Of a stretch of 64,000 bases of DNA, positions 23,424 through 33,712 are shown in pieces. Location: positions 33,849,112 to 33,913,111 of the forward strand of contig NC_090390.1 of the NCBI RefSeq assembly GCF_036365525.1, written 5' to 3'. The translations under genes and the position numbers were made by a program. The notes under the pieces are model-generated. The model was not told the origin of the DNA. It was given only the letters and a program-made list of their open reading frames with translations, and ran no database searches. How positions within the stretch are numbered: position 1 is the first letter of the stretch; every line of letters starts with the position of its first letter. Source of the DNA: Heterodontus francisci (lineage: Eukaryota).

Positions 23424-26400
23424 ATCTCTGTTACTCTGTTACTTTCTCCAAGATGGCTCCTGGGCTGGAAGCTCCCTAGGAAGCTCCCTTGCTGTTCAAC
23501 TCTATCCATGGCCATCTGCTCCCATCCCTAACGTTTTCTCCCCCAATCTGCCCTCTTAAACTGTTTAAATTCCCCTGGCTCTTTAAATCAGTTCATTTTA
23601 GCCCTATCTAAAAGTTAACAGTTAGTTTAGTGTATGTTACCTGGGCCCACTGCCCTCCCCCAGCCACACCTGCTCTTTGGTTTCTCAATGAAATTGATCC
23701 GGATGAAACTGACGAGAACAGCTGCCGATACTTTAATCTCCGATCCTGCTGTCTTCACAGTCCAGAGTGTCTGCAGCCACGGCATGCGGTAAGTCCATTG
23801 AGGTGAAGAAGGAGCTGCGGGACCCGAGAGAAGTCCTGTGAAAAGGTGCCCCGAACACCCAAAACATCCACGAACGGCCCCCCCGGCCGCAACTTCAAAG
23901 CGCCCGCGGGAGATGGCTCGGAGAGCATCTGCAGCGCACTGTCGGCAATGCTGCATGCCTTTATTTAAACCACTGCAAAAAAAAAACCCTTAACAAATGT
24001 AATCACCTCTAAGTCTGCCAAATGATGCTTCACCTCCCGAAGGACGTGGATGAGCTTTCCGGACGTCGATGGTGGGCACTGAGGAAATGGCTTATTACCT
24101 GCACCAGATTCCACCCCCCCTCCCCCCCCTTTACCCCCCTTCCACCACCCCCCACCCCCGTCCCCTTTCCTGCTCCACCCTCTCAGCTCACCCCCTCACA
24201 ACCCCGTCCCAGCCCGCCCCCCCCTCGCACCATCTTCACCCCGCACCCCCTTCCCCTGCACCCCCCCCCCACCCCCTCCCTCTACCCCTCCCCCTTGCAT
24301 CCCCTCCTCCCACCGGCACCATCCTACACCTGTGTAGGGGCCCCAACAACCCCACTGCCTTGTGGGCGTCTCGGGAGAGACCAAGGCTAAGGGAGTAAAC
24401 CCTAACAGAAAATCCGGAGCGGAACCCCGTAGGCGGTCATGTGTCACCTTTGGCATGTTTCCGGCAGTTCCTGCAGCCATACTGGTGCCAAACGTCGTGT
24501 CCTGCACTCCTTTGGACCCCACCAGAAAGGCCGAGAGGGGGGTTTTGACGACTGGGCAACTCTCAACCTCCATAAATTTGCCCAGGCATGCGCCATGGAG
24601 AGGTCACTCCATAGTTGCCTCACAGCGACTGAAACAACACGGAAGGCAGCAGTTACGGGTTATAAGTCCAGATAAATTGGCGTAGAAACTGGGCGCCACG
24701 GGTTGCCTTTGTCGGTGGGAGAGGTCATTGCACCTCACTGGACAGCTACCGCCCGCCTCAAACCGGGCAGCCCCCGGTAAATAAGGTTCTGTCCCGCCAC
24801 AGTCTGCCTGCTTCAATGGGTGCTTGGAGCTCAGGGTCATTGCCCGAAAGGTGGACTGATACACCGCACCAAACAACATGAAAAAAGGAAAGAAGGTACC
24901 AGCCCTTCGCTTTGCAAGCTGGAATGTCAGAACTATGTGTCCTGGCCTGTCGGAAGACCTTACACAAATCAACGATTCTCGGAAGACCGCCATCATTAAC
25001 AACGAGCTCAGTAGACTCAATGTGGACATTGCAGCACTTCAGGAGACTCGCCTCCCCGCGAGTGGCTCTCTAGCAGAGCAAGACTACACCTTCTTCTGGC
25101 AGGGCAGGGATCCTGAAGAACCAAGACAGCATGGAGTGGGCTTCGCCATCAGAAACTCCTTGCTCAGCATGATAGAGCCTCCCTCAAATGGCTCGGAACG
25201 CATACTGTCCATCCGACTGCTCACCACCTCTGGTCCAGTACACCTACTCAGCATCTATGCTCCAACACTCTGTTCCGCACCTGAAGCTAAAGACCAGTTC
25301 TATGAACAACTCCATAACATCATTAGCAGCATCCCCAACACCGAACACCTATTCCTGCTGGGGGACTTTAATGCCAGGGTTGGGGCCGACCATGACTCAT
25401 GGCCCTCCTGCCTTGGGCGCTATGGCGTTGGAAGGATGAATGAGAACGGGCAGAGACTGCTTGAGTTGTGTACCTATCATAACCTCTGCATCACCAACTC
25501 GTTCTTTCACACTAAACCCTGTCACCAGGTTTCATGGAGGCACCCAAGATCACGTCGTTGGCACCAGCTAGACCTCATTGTCACAAGGCGAGCCGCCTTA
25601 AACAGTGTTCAAATCACACGCAGCTTCCACAGTGCGGACTGCGACACCGACCACTCCCTGGTGTGCAGCAAGGTTAGACTCAGACCAAAGAAGTTGCATC
25701 ATTCCAAGCAGAAGGGCCACCCGCGCATCAACACGAGCAGAATTTCTCACCCACAGCTGTTACAAAAATTTCTAAATTCACTTGTAACAGCCCTTCAAAA
25801 CACTCCCACAGGGGATGCTGAGACCAAGTGGGCCCACATCAGAGACGCCATCTATGAGTCAGCTTTGACCACCTACGGCAAAAGTGCGAAGAGAAATGCA
25901 GACTGGTTTCAATCTCATAATGAAGAGCTGGAACCTGTCATAGCCGCTAAGCGCATTGCACTTTTGAACTACAAGAAAGCCCCCAGCGATTTAACATCCG
26001 CAGCACTTAAAGCAGCCAGAAGTACTGCACAAAGAACAGCTAGGCGTTGCGCAAACGACTACTGGCAACACCTATGCAGTCATATTCAGCTGGCCTCAGA
26101 CACCGGAAACATCAGAGGAATGTATGATGGCATGAAGAGAGCTCTTGGGCCAACCATCAAGAAGATCACCCCCCTCAAGTCTAAATCGGGGGACATAATC
26201 ACTGACCAACGCAAACAGATGGACCGCTGGGTTGAGCACTACCTAGAACTGTACTCCAGGGAGAATGCTGTCACTGAGACTGCCCTCAATGCAGCCCAGC
26301 CTCTACCAGTCATGGATGAGCTGGACATACAGCCAACCAAATCGGAACTCAGTGATGCCATTGATTCCCTAGCCAGCGGAAAAGCCCCTGGGAAGGACAG

Positions 26401-28126
26401 CATTACCCCTGAAATAATCAAGAGTGCCAAGCCTGCTATACTCTCAGCACTACATGAACTGCTATGCCTGTGCTGGGACGAGGGAGCAGTACCCCAGGAC
26501 ATGCGCGATGCCAACATCATCACCCTCTATAAAAACAAAGGTGACCGCGGTGACTGCAACAACTACCGTGGAATCTCCCTGCTCAGCATAGTGGGGAAAG
26601 TCTTTGCTCGAGTCGCTCTGAACAGGCTCCAGAAGCTGGCCGAGCGCGTCTACCCTGAGGCACAGTGTGGCTTTCGTGCAGAGAGATCGACTATTGACAT
26701 GCTGTTCTCCCTTCGTCAGATACAGGAGAAATGCCGTGAACAACAGATGCCCCTCTACATTGCTTTCATTGATCTCACCAAAGCCTTTGACCTCGTCAGC
26801 AGACGTGGTCTCTTCAGACTACTAGAAAAGATCGGATGTCCACCAAAGCTACTAAGTATCATCACCTCATTCCATGACAATATGAAAGGCACAATTCAAC
26901 ATGGTGGCTCCTCATCAGAGCCCTTTCCTATCCTGAGTGGTGTGAAACAGGGCTGTGTTCTCGCACCCACACTTTTTGGGATTTTCTTCTCCCTGCTGCT
27001 TTCACATGCGTTCAAATCCTCTGAAGAAGGAATTTTCCTCCACACAAGATCAGGGGGCAGGTTGTTCAACCTTGCCCGTCTAAGAGCGAAGTCCAAAGTA
27101 CGGAAAGTCCTCATCAGAGAACTCCTCTTTGCTGACGATGCTGCTTTAACATCTCACACTGAAGAATGCCTGCAGAGTCTCATCGACAGGTTTGCGTCTG
27201 CCTGCAATGAATTTGGCCTAACCATCAGCCTCAAGAAAACGAACATCATGGGGCAGGATGTCAGAAATGCTCCATCCATCAATATTGGCGACCACGCTCT
27301 GGAAGTGGTTCAAGAGTTCACCTACCTAGGCTCAACTATCACCAGTAACCTGTCTCTAGATGCAGAAATCAACAAGCGCATGGGTAAGGCTTCCACTGCT
27401 ATGTTCAGACTGGCCAAGAGAGTGTGGGAAAATGGCGCACTGACACGGAACACAAAAGTCCGAGTGTATCAGGCCTGTGACCTCAGTACCTTGCTCTACG
27501 GCAGCGAGGCCTGGACAACGTATGCCAGCCAAGAGCGACGTCTCAATTCATTCCATCTTCGCTGCCTTCGGAGAATACTTGGCATCAGGTGGCAGGACTA
27601 TATCTCCAACACAGAAGTCCTTGAAGCGGCCAACATCCCCAGCTTATACACACTACTGAGTCAGCGGCGCTTGAGATGGCTTGGCCATGTGAGCCGCATG
27701 GAAGATGGCAGGATCCCCAAAGACACATTGTACAGCGAGCTCGCCACTGGTATCAGACCCACCGGCCGTCCATGTCTCCGTTATAAAGACGTCTGCAAAC
27801 GCGACATGAAATCGTGTGACATTGATCACAAGTCGTGGGAGTCAGTTGCCAGCATTCGCCAGAGCTGGCGGGCAGCCATAAAGACAGGGCTAAATTGTGG
27901 CGAGTCGAAGAGACTTAGTAGTTGGCAGGAAAAAAGACAGAGGCGCAAGGGGAGAGCCAACTGTGCAACAGCCCCAACAAACAAATTTCTCTGCAGCACC
28001 TGTGGAAGAGCCTGTCACTCTAGAATTGGCCTTTATAGCCACTCCAGGCGCTGCTTCACAAACCACTGACCACCTCCAGGCGCGTATCCATTGTCTCTCG
28101 AGATAAGGAGGCCCAAAAGAAGAAAG
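23424..28126 (+). mobile_element. Full-length RTE-clade LINE (4703 bp)
   Basis: 12-bp direct repeat ATCAATCTGGCT at 23412-23423 and 28127-28138 (TSD), an intact single ORF, and a short 3' UTR ending in AAAAGAAGAAAG. Confidence 0.9.
24878..28069 (+). CDS. RTE LINE ORF: APE endonuclease, reverse transcriptase and C-terminal zinc finger (1063 aa), intact
   Basis: FASWNVRT, LQETRL, GDFNARVG, SADCDTDH (APE). QCGFR, FIDLTKAFD, GVKQGCVLAP, LLFADD, FTYLGS (RT). CSTCGRACHSRIGLYSH at the C-terminus. Confidence 0.97.
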   Translation: MKKGKKVPALRFASWNVRTMCPGLSEDLTQINDSRKTAIINNELSRLNVDIAALQETRLPASGSLAEQDYTFFWQGRDPEEPRQHGVGFAIRNSLLSMIEPPSNGSERILSIRLLTTSGPVHLLSIYAPTLCSAPEAKDQFYEQLHNIISSIPNTEHLFLLGDFNARVGADHDSWPSCLGRYGVGRMNENGQRLLELCTYHNLCITNSFFHTKPCHQVSWRHPRSRRWHQLDLIVTRRAALNSVQITRSFHSADCDTDHSLVCSKVRLRPKKLHHSKQKGHPRINTSRISHPQLLQKFLNSLVTALQNTPTGDAETKWAHIRDAIYESALTTYGKSAKRNADWFQSHNEELEPVIAAKRIALLNYKKAPSDLTSAALKAARSTAQRTARRCANDYWQHLCSHIQLASDTGNIRGMYDGMKRALGPTIKKITPLKSKSGDIITDQRKQMDRWVEHYLELYSRENAVTETALNAAQPLPVMDELDIQPTKSELSDAIDSLASGKAPGKDSITPEIIKSAKPAILSALHELLCLCWDEGAVPQDMRDANIITLYKNKGDRGDCNNYRGISLLSIVGKVFARVALNRLQKLAERVYPEAQCGFRAERSTIDMLFSLRQIQEKCREQQMPLYIAFIDLTKAFDLVSRRGLFRLLEKIGCPPKLLSIITSFHDNMKGTIQHGGSSSEPFPILSGVKQGCVLAPTLFGIFFSLLLSHAFKSSEEGIFLHTRSGGRLFNLARLRAKSKVRKVLIRELLFADDAALTSHTEECLQSLIDRFASACNEFGLTISLKKTNIMGQDVRNAPSINIGDHALEVVQEFTYLGSTITSNLSLDAEINKRMGKASTAMFRLAKRVWENGALTRNTKVRVYQACDLSTLLYGSEAWTTYASQERRLNSFHLRCLRRILGIRWQDYISNTEVLEAANIPSLYTLLSQRRLRWLGHVSRMEDGRIPKDTLYSELATGIRPTGRPCLRYKDVCKRDMKSCDIDHKSWESVASIRQSWRAAIKTGLNCGESKRLSSWQEKRQRRKGRANCATAPTNKFLCSTCGRACHSRIGLYSHSRRCFTNH

Positions 28127-28194
28127 ATCAATCTGGCTGTATACAGCCTGGTTTATATGAAATCAAATTTTTGTTTTGATCCCTAAATCAGCTA

Positions 28195-28718
28195 TTCCAA
28201 CAACATGTTAAACATTCGCTCCCTCCACCACCAGCGCACAGTGGCAGCTGTCTGTACCATCTATAGAAAAAAACAAAGTGCTGGAAATACTCAGCAGGTC
28301 TGGCAGCATCCGTGGAGAGAGAAACAGAATTAAAGTTTCAGGTCTGTCACCTTTCTTCAGAGCTCGTCAAGGTTCCTTCAACAGCACCTTCCAAAGCTGT
28401 GACCTATACCACCTAGAAGAACAAGGGCAGCAGATGAATGGGAACCCCACCACCTGCAAGTTCCCCTTTAACTCACACATCATCCTGATTTGAAACTATA
28501 TCATCGTTCCTTCATTGCCGCTGGGTCAAAATCCTGGAACTCCCTCCCTAACAGCACTGTGAGATTATTTATACCACATGGGCTGTAGTGGTTCAAGAAT
28601 GTGGCTCACCACCACATTCTCAACGGCAATTAGGCATGGGCAACAAATGCTGGCCTTTGCCAGCGACACCCACAACGCCGACCCCCCACACCCCCATCCC
28701 CTAAATGAATAAATAAAA
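28195..28718 (+). mobile_element. CR1/L2-group 3' fragment with an inserted PLE piece (~28268-28363) carrying a degenerate hammerhead motif on the minus strand
   Basis: Same family as 16110-17945 (AACATTC.CTCCCTCCACCAC..CCTGGAACTCCCTCCCTAACAGCACTGTG). The minus strand reads CTGAAGAAAGGTGACAGACCTGAAACTTTAATTC. Confidence 0.75.
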
Positions 28719-29249
28719 AGCTAATCTGTAGTCATATGTCAATTTACATTGTCTTTAAGAATTTTATCTGATTAAAAAATGCTGCTATGCTGCATCTCTG
28801 TGTGGTTACCATTCATTGAGTTTTCTTTCAGATAAATCATCAAATTGGCTAATCCAATAGTTGGTATATCTGACTTACACAAGAAACTATCACCATGGCC
28901 CCAATATTAACTTTGAGTTATGTTGGAAGCTGATGGTCATAGTGGTTGGGGGTGGGGGGGGAGGGGGGAACAGGAGGTCCAAAATCAGGCAGGAGACTCA
29001 GAATGATTTTCAGCACATCTGTCTCTGCTATTTTAATGCAGCTGCCTAACTACCATTCTGCTTTTGGGTTTGGCTTTGAATGCGCGACAGTGGACCTACA
29101 TGATGCAAATTCAACTCCAGTATTTAATGGGACAAGAAGCTTTGGCAAAGAAATATTCACACTGTGAATGTGATGCCCACTTTAGCAACAACTCAGAATA
29201 GGCTAGATCCGTTCTTTCCTGCAGACTCTTGCCCTTTTTGCCGCAGATC

Positions 29250-30155
29250 CATCTCACTTGATCCTAGATCCCATGCATGGACTATTATATCCTAGGAGAC
29301 CTGAGACGTGAAGACAATTGTTTGGTCATAGGTTGTAGACACCACAAGCGTAACCTATATTGGTATTTAGTTGTTAAAGAGCAAAATGTCCTTTGCCAGT
29401 GCAGTCCAGTAGGTCTGTATCCAAATTGGCATCGGTATTCACCTTAACTCCTTGGTTCAATTTGAATGGATGGCCCTTGTATCTTCCAATTAAAATTTTG
29501 AATGCCTTTTGGGCTATGAAAAGCCATAGTAGAGCACTTAAGGAAATCCTCCACCGCATCCCATTGGTTTGCAATTGTTTAGGAGCACAATAAGTGCTAA
29601 GTGCATCTGCCACCAACACAATGTCGGCTATGAAAAGAAATGCCACAATACTTTCAGAAATGTTAATAACGGACATTCCAAATCTATCTCTTATGATGGC
29701 ATCAAGCCAATCATAGATGAAGACATGAAGTTTGGTGACAGTGGACAATCTTTCCTCACTCTCTTTCAGGGGAATTATGTTCACTTAGGCCCTTACCCAC
29801 CTTTACATGGATCTTGGAGCTGGAACACACCTCATGAATAAAATCGACCATACACCCCCACGGCTTCATGTGGGCCACAAGATGCATGGGATAAAAGCCT
29901 TCTGAAAAACTGTGAAAAATGTCCCAAGCCTTACAATGCTTTGTAATCTCACAACCTGTACTGCACGTTCCTCAGGAGAGTGAAATTCTGCCTGTTCATT
30001 TGATTACTTTGCAGGCCTTTAGAGCAGCAGATGCATACAGTACGAAAAACCCAAAGCATCAGTTAACAGCCTGTGAGATTCCTTCATAGTTTTCAGTCTC
30101 CCTGGGACCACCCCCCCTCCCCCAGCCCTCCCCACCTTCTTGTGGATAGAATCCA
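29250..30155 (-). pseudogene. Old non-LTR retrotransposon RT remnant (downstream half)
   Basis: Frameshifted ENYEGIS (NYRGIS), ..CPLSP.. and FLFIADIVLVAD (L.FADD) motifs. The upstream half continues at 46463-47100. Confidence 0.6.
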
Positions 30156-30849
30156 AGGCTGGGGTTTTCCAGGCCCTTTGAGGATAGCCTCAGAGGCCCG
30201 GGAGTGGGGCGCATAATATTGCGTGGGGTGGGGACAAAAGAGTTCCGATGTCATCACATTAGTTCCAGATTTTACGAGGGACATATTGAGGGACAATACG
30301 AAAGGGCATGCAGATCTGACAAAAAGATAATTAAGGCACTTAAAGTGCCAATAAACCAAGAGATGCAAAATGCACAGACACTTGGTGTCAGAGCCCCAGC
30401 AGGTGTATGAAGGTGGCAAAAAGGAGGTAGGTCAGTTTAAGGCTTCATTCAGCCATTGGGTGAGGCAGCCCGACTTGACAGGAAGGCTAGAGCAGTGCGG
30501 CCATTGCATTTCGTTGCAAGGGTGTTCAGGTGCCATGGCTTTGGGGGTATGCTGCCATCTGGCTACTGGCACTGAGGTGGATTGAAAGGGGAGTGAGAGG
30601 GGCTGGAGTGTGGTGGTTGCATCTGGGAGAGAGGCCCTTGAGATCGGGAGTGCCCAATGGCCTTGGGCATCGTGCACTCAGGAGGTGGGTCCTCTTGTGA
30701 GGTAGAGCACCTGAGAGAGACAGAGAGCTGCAGCCACAAGCAGTGAGACAGCAGCAACTGCATGACCACCTACAGAGGCAGCCTCGGGGCGGGGGAGGGG
30801 TGAAAGTGGGAGAAGGCTGCAGGGGGGACCATGAGCAGGCTGCAGCGAG

Positions 30850-31892
30850 AAAAACTAGGTATGCTGTAGCAAAGGTCTACAGACAGAGTATGAGCTACCT
30901 CCAACTGTCGGAGCGGCAGTGTCGCCAAAGCTTGTGCCTCTCCCGAGAGACTGTCACAAACCTTTGTGCCATTGGTGACAGATGACCTGAACCCCAATGA
31001 TGTTGGTGGTCATCCGATGCCAGTGGCGGTGAAGTTCACTATGGCCATTAACTTCTAGGCCTTCGGTTCTTTCCAGGGAGCCACTGGAGAGATGTGTGGC
31101 ATCTCCCAATCAGCAGTACATCATTGCATCAAGATAGTGACTGATGCTCTCTTCAAGAGGGCCAGTCAATACATACATTATCGCACTGATCCAGACAGTC
31201 AGTCTGAGAGAGCCATAGGATTCGGGGCCTTTGCTGGATTCCCTCAGGTGCAGGGTGTCATCAACTGCATGCATGTGGCCGTCAAGGCTCCCACAGGCCA
31301 GCCATCAGCCTTCATTAACAGAAAGGGCTTCCATTCCCTTAACGTCCAACCAGTCTGTGACCACCACCAACGGATCCTGCAGGTGGGTGCATCATACCCT
31401 GGAAACAGCCACGACGTCTACATACTCAGGCACTCCCAGATGCTTGAGCTTTTCACTCCCCCTGAGTGCCTTCAAGGTTGAATTTTTGGTGACAATGGCT
31501 ACCCACTAAAGAGATGGCGACTGACTGCTGTGAGGAACCAAGGACAGAAGCAGAGGAGAAACACAACCTGCCATGCAGCAACCCGAGCCACTATCGGCCA
31601 GGCTTTAGGTCTCCTGAAGATGAAATTTAGATGCCTGGATCGATCCAGTCGTGAGCTTCAATATGCCCCAGTGAGCATCTCACGTATCATGCTGGCATCC
31701 TGCATGCTGCGCAACTTAATGATACAGAGGGTGGAGGCCCTGAACAATGAGGATATAGTGGAGCGCGATGCCGCCTCAGACAAGGAGGATGATGAGGAAG
31801 CTGTTGACCAGCTGCTGCATCCTGAAAGACACCAGGGAGCACATGAAAGGCGTAATGACATAGGCGCTAGGAAGGCTCGGGACACATTTTAG
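30850..31892 (+). pseudogene. Harbinger transposase (HARBI1-like DDE), disrupted
   Basis: YRQ..SYLQLSERQC..LSRETV, CGISQSAVH, VQGVINCMHV (first catalytic D->N), FINRKGFHSLNVQ, YPGNSHD, GDNGYP, LKMKFRCLD, acidic tail. It has stops and frameshifts. Confidence 0.92.
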
Positions 31893-32184
31893 ATGAGCCT
31901 TGCTACCTCATACTTCCAATCAAATACTGATCCACCTTCATCCTGCACTGTTGTCGTTCACCTCAGTTAAAAGAATCTTGTGTACAGTGACACCTTGATC
32001 TTCAGCATGGGCAAAGTGACATCCACACAGCCCTTAGGGCGAGCCCAGGTATTCCTGAGGTTCCAGAGGGCCATCAGTAATGGAAAGAGATGTTGACATA
32101 ATGCAGTACATCTTTATTGAAAACATAAACAGACATAAGCAGTATTTCCTTAACATTGTATTTGCCTGTGAACCCCAAGTACAT

Positions 32185-33636
32185 CTAATGGGTTTTCTTA
32201 TTTCTCCTATGAGTGCTCTTACATGGTGCATCCAGCTGAGGTGGAGACAGGCTGCTGACCCTGCTACCCCATGGCTTGGGATGACCTTGGCAGCCGTCCT
32301 CTGGTTGTCTGAGGCCTGGAGGGCCCCAGCATTCTGGGGCCTCCTGCACAGGTGCAGGAGATTCCTCAGTTGTTGCAGAAACTTGAGGTACTGGTGTTAC
32401 TGGCAGAGGGGCTGAGGAGCCTCTGTTCACACTAGGAGTGTTCTGAGAGGAACCCCCAGATGTGGAAGGCTACTGCTTCTCCTCCCTCACAAGGCACACT
32501 TATACCTCCTTGCTCACCTGAGCAGTCCAGGGACTCGATGGACAATCCAGGCACCTTGTTCTCCCCTCTTGCCTTGCTACTGCTGCACAGAACTCATAGA
32601 AACATAGAAAATAGGAGGAGTAGGCCATTCGGCCCTTTGGGCCTGCTCCGCTATTCAAAATAGATCGTGGCTGATCATCTAATTCAGTACCCTGTTCCCG
32701 CTTTCTCCCCATACCCCCTGATCCCTTTGGCATTAAGAAATATATCGATCTCCTTCTTGAATATATTTAATGACTTGGCCTCCACTGCCTTCTGCGGTAG
32801 AGAATTCCACAGGTTCACACCCTCCGTGAAGAAATTTCTCCTAATCTCGGTTCTAAATGGCATACCCCGTATCCTGAGACTATGACCCCTGGTTTTGGAC
32901 TCCCCAGCCATCGGGAACATCCTCCCTGTATCTAGCCTGCCTAGTCCTGTTAGAATTTTATAGGTTTCTATGAGATCCCCTCTCATTCTTCTAAACTCTA
33001 GTGAATATAGGCCTAGTCGACCCAATCTCTCCTCATATGTCAATCCTGCCATCCCAGGAATCAGCCTAGTAAATCAGGAATCAGACTAGTAAATCTCATG
33101 GACAAGGCAATGGCCTGCAGGTCTGTGTGCATCTCCGGCATCCACTGACTGGACTGCTGGATGTGGCTCTCCAGGAGAGTCACCAAACTCTTGACAGAGG
33201 AGGCTACGCAGACAGATAAGAGGGAAGTGGCAGCACTCGTGGCCTGGATGGACTCTTTTCTTGACCAAGCCAGGGTGTGCATACTGTCTGGAATCTCTGC
33301 CAGATCTTCACGCACCTCACACAGAATGTCCAGCATCTGCGGCAATACTGGTGACTCCAGAGGCACATCATCAGCTTCAGGCTCACATCATCCAGACCTC
33401 ACTCACTCTTCCAATGTCAATGGCCTCAGCTGTCACAATCTCCGACAGCTGCTCAGGCGCATTTGTGGTGCTCTCACCTGGTTGTGACCCCGAATCTAAG
33501 CGTGAATGGATACCCACCAATGTGAGAGTATATGCATTGGTGGAAGATGCACGGGAATGATGTGACAATGCACCTTCTGAGGTCTCCTCCTCCTCCTTAG
33601 AGGTGGACATGGCAGCTCACTGTTCTTATTGTTGAC
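32185..33636 (-). pseudogene. Last exon of the Harbinger accessory (Myb/SANT-type) gene, interrupted by CR1
   Basis: Splice acceptor CTCTCACACAG at 33637-33647, then an acidic/Ser-rich stretch followed by coiled-coil-like sequence (QMLDILCEVREDLAEIPDSM) and a basic tail (KSTHRRNKKTH*). Convergent with the transposase. Confidence 0.65.
32598..33093 (-). mobile_element. CR1 3' fragment
   Basis: MAGLTYEERLGRLGLYSLEFRRMRGDLIETYKIL..NLWNSLPQ, with a likely TSD CTCAT. Confidence 0.93.
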
Positions 33637-33712
33637 CTGTGTGAGAGGACAGATAGATCAAAAGGTTTTGCATTTCTGAACACGTGCCACCAAAATCAGC
33701 TTGCGTGTGGGT

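Noticed and set aside
24400-24420. Resemblance of ACAGAAAATCCGG to the RNase P RNA P4 strand
   Set aside because: There is no partner GAGGAAAGUCC strand, and it is a short chance similarity.
24022-24573. Pro-rich/Gly-rich ORFs
   Set aside because: Artefacts of the poly-C tract in the RTE leader.
30850-31892. Domesticated HARBI1 host gene
   Set aside because: It has multiple stops and frameshifts and a catalytic D->N change, and it lies within TIRs next to the accessory gene.
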